Assembly: GCA_963809895.1 (NCBI GenBank)
Contig: CAWELD010000010.1
Span: 960,001-1,024,000, forward strand
Length of the DNA stretch: 64,000 nucleotides
From: an uncultured Gemmatimonadales bacterium
GTDB taxonomy: Bacteria; Gemmatimonadota; Gemmatimonadetes; Longimicrobiales; Gaopeijiaceae
Direction: 5' to 3'
Shown: one piece after another, positions 39,628 through 48,702 of the stretch
Layout: each line of letters begins with the position of its first letter
How positions within the stretch are numbered: position 1 is the stretch's first letter
Made by a program: the position numbers and the translations under genes
Notes under the pieces: generated by a model
Database searches by the model: none
What the model saw: only the letters and a program-made list of their open reading frames with translations
Told to the model about the DNA's origin: nothing

Positions 39628-40917
39628 TCAGGCGGCCGGTGCGACGGGTCTCGCGGCGGCGGCCCGGTCCATGTCCCGGTCGATCCGGTCGATGTAGACG
39701 GTGGCCGACAGATCGCCGACGACGTTGAGCGTGGTCCGGCACATGTCCAGGATCCGGTCCACACCGAGGACGATGGCGATCCCCTCGGGGGGCACGCCCA
39801 CGGTGGCCATGACCACCATCATCAGGGGCAGCGATCCCCCCGGGACGCCCGCGGCGCCGATGGCCGTCAGGACCGAGAGGATCACGACGGCGATCTGCGC
39901 GGGGAGCGGAAGGCCCACGCCGAACACCTGAGCCAGGAAGAGCACCGTGACGCCCTCGAAGAGCGCGGTACCGTTCATGTTCATGGTAGCGCCCAGGGGC
40001 AGGACGAAGCCTGCGATCTTGGGCTGGGCCTTGAGCTGGGTCTCGGCCGTCTCGATGCTCACCGGCAGCGTCGCCATGGACGACGAGGTGGAGAAGGCCG
40101 TGATGATGGGTGCGTCCACAGCCCTGTAGAAGCGCATGGGGCTCATGCGCCCGAAGACCCGGACCAGGAAGGGAATCCCCACCAGGGCATGGATGAGAAG
40201 GCCGCCCACCACCACGACCACGTACATGCCCAGTTGTCCCAGGAGGCTCCAACCGAAGCGTGACGTCATGACGAAGATCAGGCCGAACACGCCGTAGGGC
40301 GCCAGCTTCATGGCCATGTCGATGATCTTGATGACGGCTTCGCCGATCCCGTCCAGAACCTTCACCACCGGTTCCGATTTCTCCTTGGGGATCATGGTGA
40401 GCGCGGCGCCGAAGATCAACGAGAAGAAGATGAGCGCCAGCATGTCCATGTTGGCCATGGCGCCCACCGGATTGCGGGGCACGATGTTGACGAAGGTACT
40501 GACCCCGAACTCCGGCGGTCCGGCCGCGGCCAGCCCTTCGGCGTCGGTGGAGTAGGTGGCCATGAGAGCGTCGCGGGTGACCTGATCCACGCCGCCTCCC
40601 GGATGCAGGGTGTTCACCAGCGTCAGGCCGATGATCGCCGCGATGAGGGTGGAGAGCGCGAAATAGCCGAACGTCCGCCCGCCCAGGCGTCCCACGGTGC
40701 GAATGTCCCCGATGCCGGCTACCCCCAGGGTGATGGAGACGGCCACGATGGGCACCACCGTCATGAAGAGCATGCGCAGGAAGATCTGGCCCACCGGACC
40801 GGCGATGTTGTCGCCGATCCACATGACCCACGGAGCCCCCGGGAAGAGGGCATTGAACGAGCCTCCCACCAGCGCGCCGAGCACGAGTCCCAGCGCGATC
40901 TTCGTATGTAGCTTCAC
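39628..40917 (-). CDS. Dicarboxylate/amino acid:cation symporter (GltP/DAACS)
   Basis: AFSTSSS, PLGATMNMNGTAL and GVDRILDMCRT motifs. Confidence 0.93.
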   Translation of the reverse strand: MKLHTKIALGLVLGALVGGSFNALFPGAPWVMWIGDNIAGPVGQIFLRMLFMTVVPIVAVSITLGVAGIGDIRTVGRLGGRTFGYFALSTLIAAIIGLTLVNTLHPGGGVDQVTRDALMATYSTDAEGLAAAGPPEFGVSTFVNIVPRNPVGAMANMDMLALIFFSLIFGAALTMIPKEKSEPVVKVLDGIGEAVIKIIDMAMKLAPYGVFGLIFVMTSRFGWSLLGQLGMYVVVVVGGLLIHALVGIPFLVRVFGRMSPMRFYRAVDAPIITAFSTSSSMATLPVSIETAETQLKAQPKIAGFVLPLGATMNMNGTALFEGVTVLFLAQVFGVGLPLPAQIAVVILSVLTAIGAAGVPGGSLPLMMVVMATVGVPPEGIAIVLGVDRILDMCRTTLNVVGDLSATVYIDRIDRDMDRAAAARPVAPAA

Positions 40918-41053
40918 CCGATCGTTCTCCTCGTAACGGAAGGCGTCCGGGGTCGGTGCAGGGTCGCCCGCGGACGCGACGGGCCAAGATAGACGCTGCG
41001 CCGGGAGAGGGGCAACGCAGGCAGCGTGTGGGGTCGGGGCGGCGTGAGCGGTA

Positions 41054-41524
41054 TCAGGACTCCAGCGTGTCCAGCAGCCGCTCCAGCGCTCGGAGGACGG
41101 TGTGTTGCTCCCGCCCGTTCAGGGCGGCCAACGCCCTGGGTCCGTCTTCGTCCAGGACCGGGTCCAGCCTCTCCAGGAGCTCCATGCCCGGCTCCGTGAC
41201 ACGGCAGTAGACCACCCGCCGATCCTCCGCGTCCCGCTGCCGCACGACCAGGCCCCGATCCACCAGCTTGTCCACCAGTCGGGTAATGGCGGGCGCCCGC
41301 TCCACCATGCGGTCGCGAATGGTCAACGTCGGCAGCCCGTCGGGACCCGCCCTGCGCAGGATACGCAACACGTTCAACTGTGGGAGCGTGAGCTGTTCGT
41401 GATCGATGAGGGCCTGGAAGTGGCGCTTGAGGGCGTCGGCGGTACGGATGATCGTGGTCATGAGCTCGAGCTCGCGGCTCATGGCCCACTGCGTCGTGGA
41501 GACGGCCAACTGTGCTTGCGACAC
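41054..41524 (-). CDS. MarR-family regulator
   Basis: LTLPQLNVLRIL, ITRLVDKL and DRRVVYCRVT motifs; start uncertain (41524 or 41482). Confidence 0.88.
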   Translation of the reverse strand: MSQAQLAVSTTQWAMSRELELMTTIIRTADALKRHFQALIDHEQLTLPQLNVLRILRRAGPDGLPTLTIRDRMVERAPAITRLVDKLVDRGLVVRQRDAEDRRVVYCRVTEPGMELLERLDPVLDEDGPRALAALNGREQHTVLRALERLLDTLES

Positions 41525-41655
41525 GATCGCTCCCGGTTCGGACTGGGCTGGGCCGGGGGGCGGAGTGCCCGGCCGGGAAGGCTGGATTGGTACGACCGAA
41601 ACCATCCATGTCGCAAGTGTCGGAAGGTGAAGGTTTCTTAGTAGTGACGCGGGGC

Positions 41656-42723
41656 TCAGCGGAGGAGGAATCCCTCGGCGAGCGGGTCCGACGCATCGAT
41701 GATCCACTCGCTGCGACCGGTGATGTAGGCGCGCCCCTCGACCTCGGGCACCACGGCGGCGCGGCCACCGGGCCCCGCGATCTCCTCGACGATGCGGCAT
41801 GCGAAGCGGGACCCGATCAGGCTCTCGATGATCAGCGTCTCACCCACCGCGACCTCGCCGCGGGCGTGATGCAGCGCAAGTCGGCCGCTCACTCCTGTGC
41901 CGGTGGGACTGCGGTCCACCTCTCCATCCGCGAACACGCACACGTTCCGGCTGTGGTGCGCGGCGTCGAAGGCCTCGCTCACGAAAATGGTCCCGTAGAG
42001 GAAGGAGAGGTCGGGGCCCTCCGGGTGGACCGGGGGTGCGGTGCGGGCGACGGCGTCCTTGATGGCCCGTCCCGCTGCGATGATGCGGTCGGTCCAGGAC
42101 GGCTCCAGCTCCAGCCCGACGTCATCGGCCCGCACATAGGCGTAGAAGGCGCCGCCGAAGGCGAGGTCGTATCGAACGGATCCGAGGCCTGCCACTTCGA
42201 CGGTCTGGTCCAGCGCTGCGACCCAGGAGGGAACGTTGCGAAAGGACACGTCCTTCACCCGTCCACCGTGTACCGACGCCCGCGCCCGCACCGGACCCGC
42301 CGGGGTATCGATGACCAGGCGGGTCTCGGGCTCGGTAATCGGCACGAGTCCCAACTCCACCACCACGCGGGTCACGGCCAGGATGCCGTGCCCGCACATC
42401 GTGCTGTAGCCCGCGTTGTGCGTGAAGAGCACGCCGAGATCCGAGTCCGGGCGCTCCGGCGCGGTCACGATGCAGCCGTACATGTCCGCGTGTCCTCTGG
42501 GCTCCCACATGAGCGCGCGCCGGATGCCATCGTGGTGCGTCCGGGCCGCTGCGCGCCGTTGGCGAATGGACCCGCCGCCCAGCTCGGGAAACCCCGAGAG
42601 GATCACGCGTAGCGGCTCGCCTTCGGTATGGGACTCCACGGTGACGACGCGGCGGGCTCCCGGAGGGGGCTCCCAACTCCAGACCGCGTGGGCCCGGTCC
42701 GGTGGTTCGGCGGCCAGAGACAT
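41656..42723 (-). CDS. Proline racemase family protein, Cys/Thr type (probable trans-3-hydroxy-L-proline dehydratase)
   Basis: HTEGEPLR, EPRGHADMYG, MCGHG and DRSPTGTG motifs. Confidence 0.85.
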   Translation of the reverse strand: MSLAAEPPDRAHAVWSWEPPPGARRVVTVESHTEGEPLRVILSGFPELGGGSIRQRRAAARTHHDGIRRALMWEPRGHADMYGCIVTAPERPDSDLGVLFTHNAGYSTMCGHGILAVTRVVVELGLVPITEPETRLVIDTPAGPVRARASVHGGRVKDVSFRNVPSWVAALDQTVEVAGLGSVRYDLAFGGAFYAYVRADDVGLELEPSWTDRIIAAGRAIKDAVARTAPPVHPEGPDLSFLYGTIFVSEAFDAAHHSRNVCVFADGEVDRSPTGTGVSGRLALHHARGEVAVGETLIIESLIGSRFACRIVEEIAGPGGRAAVVPEVEGRAYITGRSEWIIDASDPLAEGFLLR

Positions 42724-42884
42724 GGCGGCTCCATCCCTTGCTGGGGTGAGGTGACCCGTGCCCTGGAGAGGATGGCCGCTAGTCGGTGCTCGCGCCACGG
42801 GGTCGGCTGTCGGCAGGCGCACCGAGCCCCTACCTTGTCGCCTGCGACCCGAGCAATCGCCGCCAGACCGGAGACGCCGCGCGC

Positions 42885-43598
42885 ATGGCGATGTGGGTGG
42901 GAACGAGCGGTTGGGCCTACGACGAGTGGAAGGGAGCCTTCTATCCGGAAGACCTCCCCGGCGAAGCCATGCTCGCCTACTACGCCGAGCGACTGGGCTC
43001 GGTGGAGGTGAACAACACCTTCTACCGCATGCCCCGCCGTGAGGTGTTACGGTCCTGGCGCGAGCAGGTCCCCGAGGGATTCCGTTTCGTGCTCAAGGCC
43101 TCGCGCCGGATCACGCACCAGGCCAAGCTGGGCCCCGACGCCGTGGATCCCCTTGGCTATCTGACCACGAACGCGGGAGAGCTCGGGGACAAGATGGGCG
43201 CGATCCTCTTCCAGACCCCGCCCTGGTTGAAGAAGGACGCCGAGCTGTTGCGCGCCTTTCTCGGGCACGTGCCCGAGGGCGTCCGCGCGGCGTTCGAGTT
43301 CCGCAGCACCTCGTGGTTCGACGACGAGGTGTGCGGACTGCTGGCGGAGCACGGTGCCGCCCTGGTCGCGGCCGACACGGGGAATCCCGACAAGGATCCG
43401 CCGCTCGAGGCCACGACGGACTGGGGCTACGCGCGGCTCCGACGTCCCGACTACGACGACAAGGACCTGGCGGATTGGGCCGCGCGACTCACCGGTCAGG
43501 GCTGGAACGACATCTTCGTCTTCTTCAAGCACGAGGACGAAGGGGCCGGGCCAGCGCTGGCGCGACGTTTCCTGGAACTCTGTGGGGGAAGCACGTGA
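42885..43598 (+). CDS. DUF72-domain protein
   Basis: VGTSGWAY, VEVNNTFYR, KASRRITH and FEFR motifs. Confidence 0.9.
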   Translation: MAMWVGTSGWAYDEWKGAFYPEDLPGEAMLAYYAERLGSVEVNNTFYRMPRREVLRSWREQVPEGFRFVLKASRRITHQAKLGPDAVDPLGYLTTNAGELGDKMGAILFQTPPWLKKDAELLRAFLGHVPEGVRAAFEFRSTSWFDDEVCGLLAEHGAALVAADTGNPDKDPPLEATTDWGYARLRRPDYDDKDLADWAARLTGQGWNDIFVFFKHEDEGAGPALARRFLELCGGST

Positions 43599-44116
43599 CC
43601 GTCCTCGACCTGAAGGACGTACAGGCTGTCATCGCCAGCGCCAAGGCCCGCGGGCTCGGGCCCCTCGAGCGGTTCATCCGCCGCCGCCTCCCCGACGCCA
43701 GCGACGAGCAGGTCCAGGAAGCCGCCGATGTGGCCGTCGAGGTGATCGAGAGCGTGCCGATCTTCCTGGCCCGCGCCGCCCAGGAGGCCGAATCCCGCCA
43801 TCTGGAGCCGGTGGTGCAGCCGCTGTTGAACCACGCGGTGGACTACTTCACCCGGCCCGTCGACGTCATTCCGGAGATGACGTTGGGGCTGGCCGGCCTC
43901 CTGGACGACACCTACCTGGTGCTCCGCATCCTCTCCAACCTCGAGAAGGGACCCGAGCCCTTCCTGGAGTGGGATCTGGAGCATCCCACCGCCTTCCTGC
44001 GGGGTTTGGTGGGGGAGGGAGTCGGGCGCCAGCTCGACCTCATCTCCATTCAGGCGATGGAGGAGGTTTCGGACCAGATCTCGCTGTTCTGGAGCCGCCT
44101 GTCGGCGCAGGCCTGA
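43595..44116 (+). CDS. YkvA/DUF1232-like protein
   Basis: YFTRPVDVIPEMTLGLAGLLDD motif; GTGA overlap with the DUF72 gene. Confidence 0.7.
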   Translation: MTVLDLKDVQAVIASAKARGLGPLERFIRRRLPDASDEQVQEAADVAVEVIESVPIFLARAAQEAESRHLEPVVQPLLNHAVDYFTRPVDVIPEMTLGLAGLLDDTYLVLRILSNLEKGPEPFLEWDLEHPTAFLRGLVGEGVGRQLDLISIQAMEEVSDQISLFWSRLSAQA

Positions 44117-45269
44117 CGGCGTCCAGAGCCTGCCGGACGTCGGAGACCAGGTCCCGCTCCGACTCGATTCCCACGGAGAGCCTCAGGAGCCCGTCCGCGA
44201 TGCCGGCCCTGGCTCGCGCGGACGCCGGCATGGAGGCGTGCGTCATGGTCGCGGGGTGAGCCACGAGGCTTTCCACCCCGCCCAATGACTCCGCGAGGCT
44301 GAAGTGGCGGAGACGGCTTGCCACCTGTTCCGCCGCCGCCCGACCCTCCGCCAGCTCGAAGCTGACCACGGCTCCGGGGCCGTCCTGCTGCCGCCTCGCC
44401 AGGTCGAAACCCCCATGGCTCGGCAGGCCCGGCCAATGGACCCGGCGGACGGCGGGGTGCCGGGCCAGCGCCTCGGCAACCGCCCGGGCGTTTCCGGCAT
44501 GCACTTTCATGCGCGCGTGCAGGGTGCGCAGGCCGCGAAGCGTCAGAAAGGCGTCGAAGGGGGATCCCGTCACACCCAGGGCATTGGCCCACCACGCCAC
44601 CTGTTCGAGAACGGACGCCTCGGCGGCCACCACCGCGCCACCCACGATGTCGCTGTGGCCGTTGAGATACTTGGTGGTGGAGTGCACGACCAGGTCCGCA
44701 CCCAGCTCCAGCGGGCGTTGGAGGGCCGGCGAGAGAAAGGTGTTGTCGGCCACCACCAACCCTCCGGCGGCATGACCCAGGGTGGCCGCCTGTCGAAGAT
44801 CGGTGATGCGCAGGAGCGGGTTGGACGGGGTCTCCACCCACACCAGATCGGTCGGCCGGTCCAGGGCCCGCGCCAGCGCTCCGGGCCGCCAGCTGTCGAC
44901 CAGCTCCAGTTGGAAGGCCTTCCGCCTCGCCAGCGCCGTGAGAAGGCGATGTGTGCCGCCATAGCCGTCGCTGGGCGCAACCACGCGTCCGCCCGCCGGG
45001 ACCAGGTGGAGCACCACGGTCACCGCCGCCATCCCCGAGGCCGTGACCACGGCCCCGCACCCGCCCTCCAATCCGGCGAGGGCCTCGCCCAGGAGGTCGC
45101 GGGTGGGATTCCCCGAGCGCGTGTAGTCGTAGCGCCGGGGACGGCCCGGAGCCTCGAAGGTGTACGTGCTCGACAGGTGCAGCGGCGGGATCACCGCGCC
45201 GTGCTCCCCGTCACGACCGACGCCGGCGCGGACCGCCCGGGTCTCGGGCCCGGTGTCGCGGGCGCTCAC
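44040..45269 (-). CDS. metB: Cystathionine gamma-synthase
   Basis: YDYTRSGNPTR, ETPSNP, DNTF, HSTTKYLNGHSD and AESLGGVESL motifs. Confidence 0.92.
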   Translation of the reverse strand: MSARDTGPETRAVRAGVGRDGEHGAVIPPLHLSSTYTFEAPGRPRRYDYTRSGNPTRDLLGEALAGLEGGCGAVVTASGMAAVTVVLHLVPAGGRVVAPSDGYGGTHRLLTALARRKAFQLELVDSWRPGALARALDRPTDLVWVETPSNPLLRITDLRQAATLGHAAGGLVVADNTFLSPALQRPLELGADLVVHSTTKYLNGHSDIVGGAVVAAEASVLEQVAWWANALGVTGSPFDAFLTLRGLRTLHARMKVHAGNARAVAEALARHPAVRRVHWPGLPSHGGFDLARRQQDGPGAVVSFELAEGRAAAEQVASRLRHFSLAESLGGVESLVAHPATMTHASMPASARARAGIADGLLRLSVGIESERDLVSDVRQALDAVRPAPTGGSRTARSGPKPPPSPEWR

Positions 45270-46279
45270 GGGTTGCCTCCCTGGTGAGCCGTGTCCGCCG
45301 GCCAGGGGCCGCGCACGGCCCGGTGCAGGAAGCGACCCACGGGGCCCGTCTCTTTCAGGAACGCGTCGTGCCCGAAGCGTGAAGGCAGCTCGGTACAGCG
45401 CACTGGCCCGCCGAGGCTCGCCACCAGTTCGCGCACCTGCCACAGGGGCACCAGCAGGTCGGACCTGGAGGCCAGCACCCAGGTGGGCGTCGACACGGCG
45501 GCGGGGTCCACACGGTGCAGATCCAGGCTCTCGGAGAGGGTGAGGAACGCGTCGGCGTCGAAGGACCCTGCGAAGGCCTCCCCACGGGCGTCCAGATACC
45601 CGTCCACCGGAAAGCGCACACCGTCGGGCGTCCAGCGGGGCGGCCCCTGGAAGCGCTGCTGGAACTCCTCCGGGGTGCGGTAGGTGGTCATGGCCAGCCC
45701 GCGGGCCAGGCGCAGACCCCGGTGCACGACGCCGGCGTCTCTGGCGAGACGAACGACCCGGCGTTGCAGACTGCGGAGGGCCGTCGCCATGGGATGGGGC
45801 GCGTGGGCGGCGCACAGCACCGCCAGGCGCCCGACGCGCTGGGCGTGTCGCTGGGCGAAGGCCAACGCCACCATCCCTCCGTACGAGGCACCCACCACGG
45901 CGTGCAGGCGAGCGAGTCCCAGCGCGTCGCACAACTCGCCCACCACGTCGGCCTGGACGGACGTGGAGACACCCGTCTGAAGCTCGCCCGCGGCCTGAGC
46001 CGTGCGGGCCGAGGCTCCGGCGCCGCCGACATAGTCGAGGCTCAGGAGGCGAAGGCGCTCCGGGTCCAGGGCCCGGCCCGGGCCTACCTGATCTTCCCAC
46101 CAACCCGGTGTGGGGTGGTCGGGCGACGAGGCGAGGTGCCGGCCGGCCGAAATGCCGCCCAGAACCACCACGGCCGGAGCGTCGGCCGGTCCGCGATCCT
46201 CGAAGGCCAGGTGGCCGCCGTGCGACAGGTGGACCACGCCGGTGCGCGCGCCCAACGTCACCGCGGCGCTCACGTCCAC
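45266..46279 (-). CDS. metX: Homoserine O-acyltransferase (MetX-type)
   Basis: LGGISA, GWW, GASYGG nucleophile elbow, AMTTYR and FGHDAFLKE motifs. Confidence 0.88.
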   Translation of the reverse strand: MDVSAAVTLGARTGVVHLSHGGHLAFEDRGPADAPAVVVLGGISAGRHLASSPDHPTPGWWEDQVGPGRALDPERLRLLSLDYVGGAGASARTAQAAGELQTGVSTSVQADVVGELCDALGLARLHAVVGASYGGMVALAFAQRHAQRVGRLAVLCAAHAPHPMATALRSLQRRVVRLARDAGVVHRGLRLARGLAMTTYRTPEEFQQRFQGPPRWTPDGVRFPVDGYLDARGEAFAGSFDADAFLTLSESLDLHRVDPAAVSTPTWVLASRSDLLVPLWQVRELVASLGGPVRCTELPSRFGHDAFLKETGPVGRFLHRAVRGPWPADTAHQGGNP

Positions 46280-47340
46280 CTCCCGGCGGCTCGCGTCGCG
46301 AGGATCCGTGCCAGGTCCGCCAGCAGCGCCCGGGCGGTGCCTGCGGCTCCCAGCCCGTGGCCCAGGTGCAGTCGCCGCCGACCGTCGTCGCTCTCGTAGA
46401 CGTACGCCACCCGATCTCGCGGAACGGCCAGGGGTGAGGTGCGGGGGAGGGACTCGTAGGCCACGCCCAGCACACCGCCTTCAGTCCGACGCGCGACCAG
46501 GCGCGTGGTGCGGCCCAGGCGCGCGTTGTGCCGAACCTCGTCGGGATCGAGGTCCCGCAGGTCCTGGGCGGGAATCGCCGCCGGGTCCACGGCGCGGCCG
46601 GTGAGCCCGCCGATGACCACCGCCAGCTTCACGGCAGCGTCCCGGCCCTTCAGATCCGCCGTGGGGTCCTCTTCCAGGAGGCCCAACCCCCGAGCGCGTG
46701 TGATTCCCTCCTCCAGCGTCGCCCCGGCCTCCATGGCCTCGAGGACGACGGTGGTAGAGGCATTGCCCGCCAGCGCCACCCGGCGCGTGCGGGCCCGGAG
46801 TCGGGGGAGCTCTTCCTGATACAGCCGTCCGGTGCCGCCCAGGGCCGCGTTGATGCCCAGGCGATCCGCGAGGCGAGGGGCCAGCCACTGGGGAGCCCGG
46901 GCCGCCAGCGCGTCCTTGGCCGCCAGGAGGAGGCCGCGGCGGCGCGCCACCACGCCCAGCGCCAGCGCAGCGTGCCAGCGAGGCCGGTCGGGGTCGGTGG
47001 CGGTGGCATCGATCACCACGTCGGCGCCGATGCGGGGAAGGAGCCGGTGGGCCTCGGTGTGGGAGGCGCCGGCCACGGCGCCCAGGGAGTGACGCTCCTT
47101 GAGGTCGGCCACGGCCGTGGGTTGTAGACCGTCGGGATGATACAGGGTGCCGCTGCGGTCGCTTACGGCCACGAGACGGACCCGGGTGGGATCCAGGGCC
47201 CGCAGGACCTCGCGGCCCACGGCGCCCGGACCCAGCAGATGCAGGGTCGGGAGGGGCGGAGCGTTCGTCGGCGAGGAGCCGGTGGTGCGATAGGCGTCGA
47301 GGTGGCCGGCGGACACGCCGGTGGAGGCGGAGCGGGACAC
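46270..47340 (-). CDS. hom: Homoserine dehydrogenase (divergent, stand-alone)
   Basis: GPGAVG, IDATA, LLEEDPTADLKGRDAAVKL and GAAGTA motifs; first gene of the met operon. Confidence 0.8.
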   Translation of the reverse strand: MSRSASTGVSAGHLDAYRTTGSSPTNAPPLPTLHLLGPGAVGREVLRALDPTRVRLVAVSDRSGTLYHPDGLQPTAVADLKERHSLGAVAGASHTEAHRLLPRIGADVVIDATATDPDRPRWHAALALGVVARRRGLLLAAKDALAARAPQWLAPRLADRLGINAALGGTGRLYQEELPRLRARTRRVALAGNASTTVVLEAMEAGATLEEGITRARGLGLLEEDPTADLKGRDAAVKLAVVIGGLTGRAVDPAAIPAQDLRDLDPDEVRHNARLGRTTRLVARRTEGGVLGVAYESLPRTSPLAVPRDRVAYVYESDDGRRRLHLGHGLGAAGTARALLADLARILATRAAGRWT

Positions 47341-47342
47341 GT

Positions 47343-47391
47343 GGTCCTCCTTGCGAGGGTTCGGATGAGCTCATCGGAACCCCGGAGGACC
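47343..47391 (-). promoter_or_regulatory. RBS-sequestering hairpin (riboswitch expression platform)
   Basis: On the minus strand GGTCCTCC pairs with GGAGGACC, which contains the SD just before GTG47340. Confidence 0.75.
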
Positions 47392-47470
47392 GGAAGACGT
47401 GGCCGCCTCGGCCCGGGCGAGTGCCCTGGCCGGCGCCGCGGGGTCGAAGGACCGCGCCACGCTCCGGCGA

Positions 47471-47585
47471 CTCATCTCTCGGCGACCGTTTCCGGTCCCG
47501 CAGGAGTTGGCACCACTCGAAGGGTCACCACCCTCGAAGGTTGCCCCGGCGTCTTCGGGCCTGTCCCTCAGCCGGTCTCGATGAG
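47471..47585 (-). ncRNA. SAM-I riboswitch aptamer
   Basis: Minus strand CTCATCGAGA...GAGGGACAGGCCCGAAGAC...GCAACC...GGTGCCAACTCCTGC...GAGATGAG; located upstream of hom-metX-metB. Confidence 0.93.
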
Positions 47586-47593
47586 GCGGAAGG

Positions 47594-47623
47594 ACGCTAA
47601 TGCACGCGGGGCAGAGGGGTCAA
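47594..47623 (-). promoter_or_regulatory. Candidate sigma70 promoter for the riboswitch leader
   Basis: TTGACC-N18-TAGCGT ending 8 nt before the aptamer. Confidence 0.5.
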
Positions 47624-47653
47624 GCCCCGTCCTCGAGCCGCGGCGCGGAGCTA

Positions 47654-48112
47654 GTACTTCTGTGCGCCGACGGGCTGAGTAATGGTGCCGTCGCGGAGGA
47701 CGGTCTGGAAAGCCACGCACCATCGGCGACGACGAGGTCATGGCACTCCTGCAGAAGACGCTGGAGACCGACCCTCCGGACGGCAGTACGCACTGGAGCT
47801 GCCGGTCCATGGCCAAGGCCACCGATCTATCGAAGTCCACGGTTCAACGCATCTGGTCGGCGTTCAACGTCCAGCCCCATCGGCAGAAGACCTTCAAGCT
47901 GTCCACCGATCCGTTCCTTGTCGAAAAGGTCCACGACATCGTTGCCATCCGCCGCGGGCTCCTTCTCCTCGGTCCAGCAGCTCGTCGACAAGATCCGCCG
48001 TTTCACCGACGCTACAATCCCCAGGCCGTCCCCTTCATGTGGACCGCAACCGCCGACTCCATCATCCAGAAGCTCGAACGACTTTGTCAGGCTATCTCTG
48101 GAACAGGACACT
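47654..48112 (+). mobile_element. IS630-family remnant, copy 1 (5'-truncated, DDE core deleted)
   Basis: THWSCRSMA, VQRIW, FKLSTDPFLVEKVHDIV and PFMWTATADSI motifs; direct repeat of 51025-51483; begins at a CTAG. Confidence 0.9.
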
Positions 48113-48327
48113 GGCCGGAGACGGTCAATCCAGATTCGTCGTGCGGGAGACATCTAACTCCGGTACCAAGTACTGTCCCAGCACGCACGTTACTGTACCC
48201 GACGACAGGGCGAGACTTGACCTGGATGGGTCGATCCTCACACCACCGGACCTCCGGCACCATGCGCGCGCCCACGCTCATGGTACCAGAGGCCACTTCA
48301 GGTGGAGAGGCCAGTTCAGGTGGCTGC

Positions 48328-48702
48328 CTACCGATCAGCCTCCGCCACTGAGACAGGTCGTGTAATCAGCGCGCCTCCTATTCCCACGTCGAGCGCGGCC
48401 ACAACCGCGAATCCTCGTTCTGGACATCCGTCGAGTATACCTGCTGGAAGACCTACCTCACTGAGAGCTACCACACCGCCTCCGCTACATTCGACTTCGC
48501 CGCATGATGAGGTCGTCGCGGTACATGAGAATTCGCCTTCCCCCTCTTCTACGGTAACACAGCCGTGTCCGACAACATCACCATTCTCATTAGTGACGTT
48601 GGCACACTTCTTCTCGCAATACTGCGCCTCGAGCCGATGCGGGAGCAGGGCTGCCGATCCCAAGACGGCCAGTATGAGTAACACTCGTCGAAGCATGTTC
48701 AT
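48328..48702 (-). CDS. Secreted Cys-rich small protein B (7 Cys)
   Basis: Signal peptide ending LEA-Q; paralogous to 49723-50109; ATGA overlap with the upstream gene. Confidence 0.75.
   Translation of the reverse strand: MNMLRRVLLILAVLGSAALLPHRLEAQYCEKKCANVTNENGDVVGHGCVTVEEGEGEFSCTATTSSCGEVECSGGGVVALSEVGLPAGILDGCPERGFAVVAALDVGIGGALITRPVSVAEADR

Noticed and set aside
45270..46475. N-terminal extension of the 811-aa ORF suggesting a MetB fusion
   Set aside because: Alternative frame over metX; MetB homology starts at GTG45269
48087..48296. 69-aa ORF downstream of Cys-rich protein B
   Set aside because: No recognisable motif or signal peptide, and it ends inside the IS630 remnant
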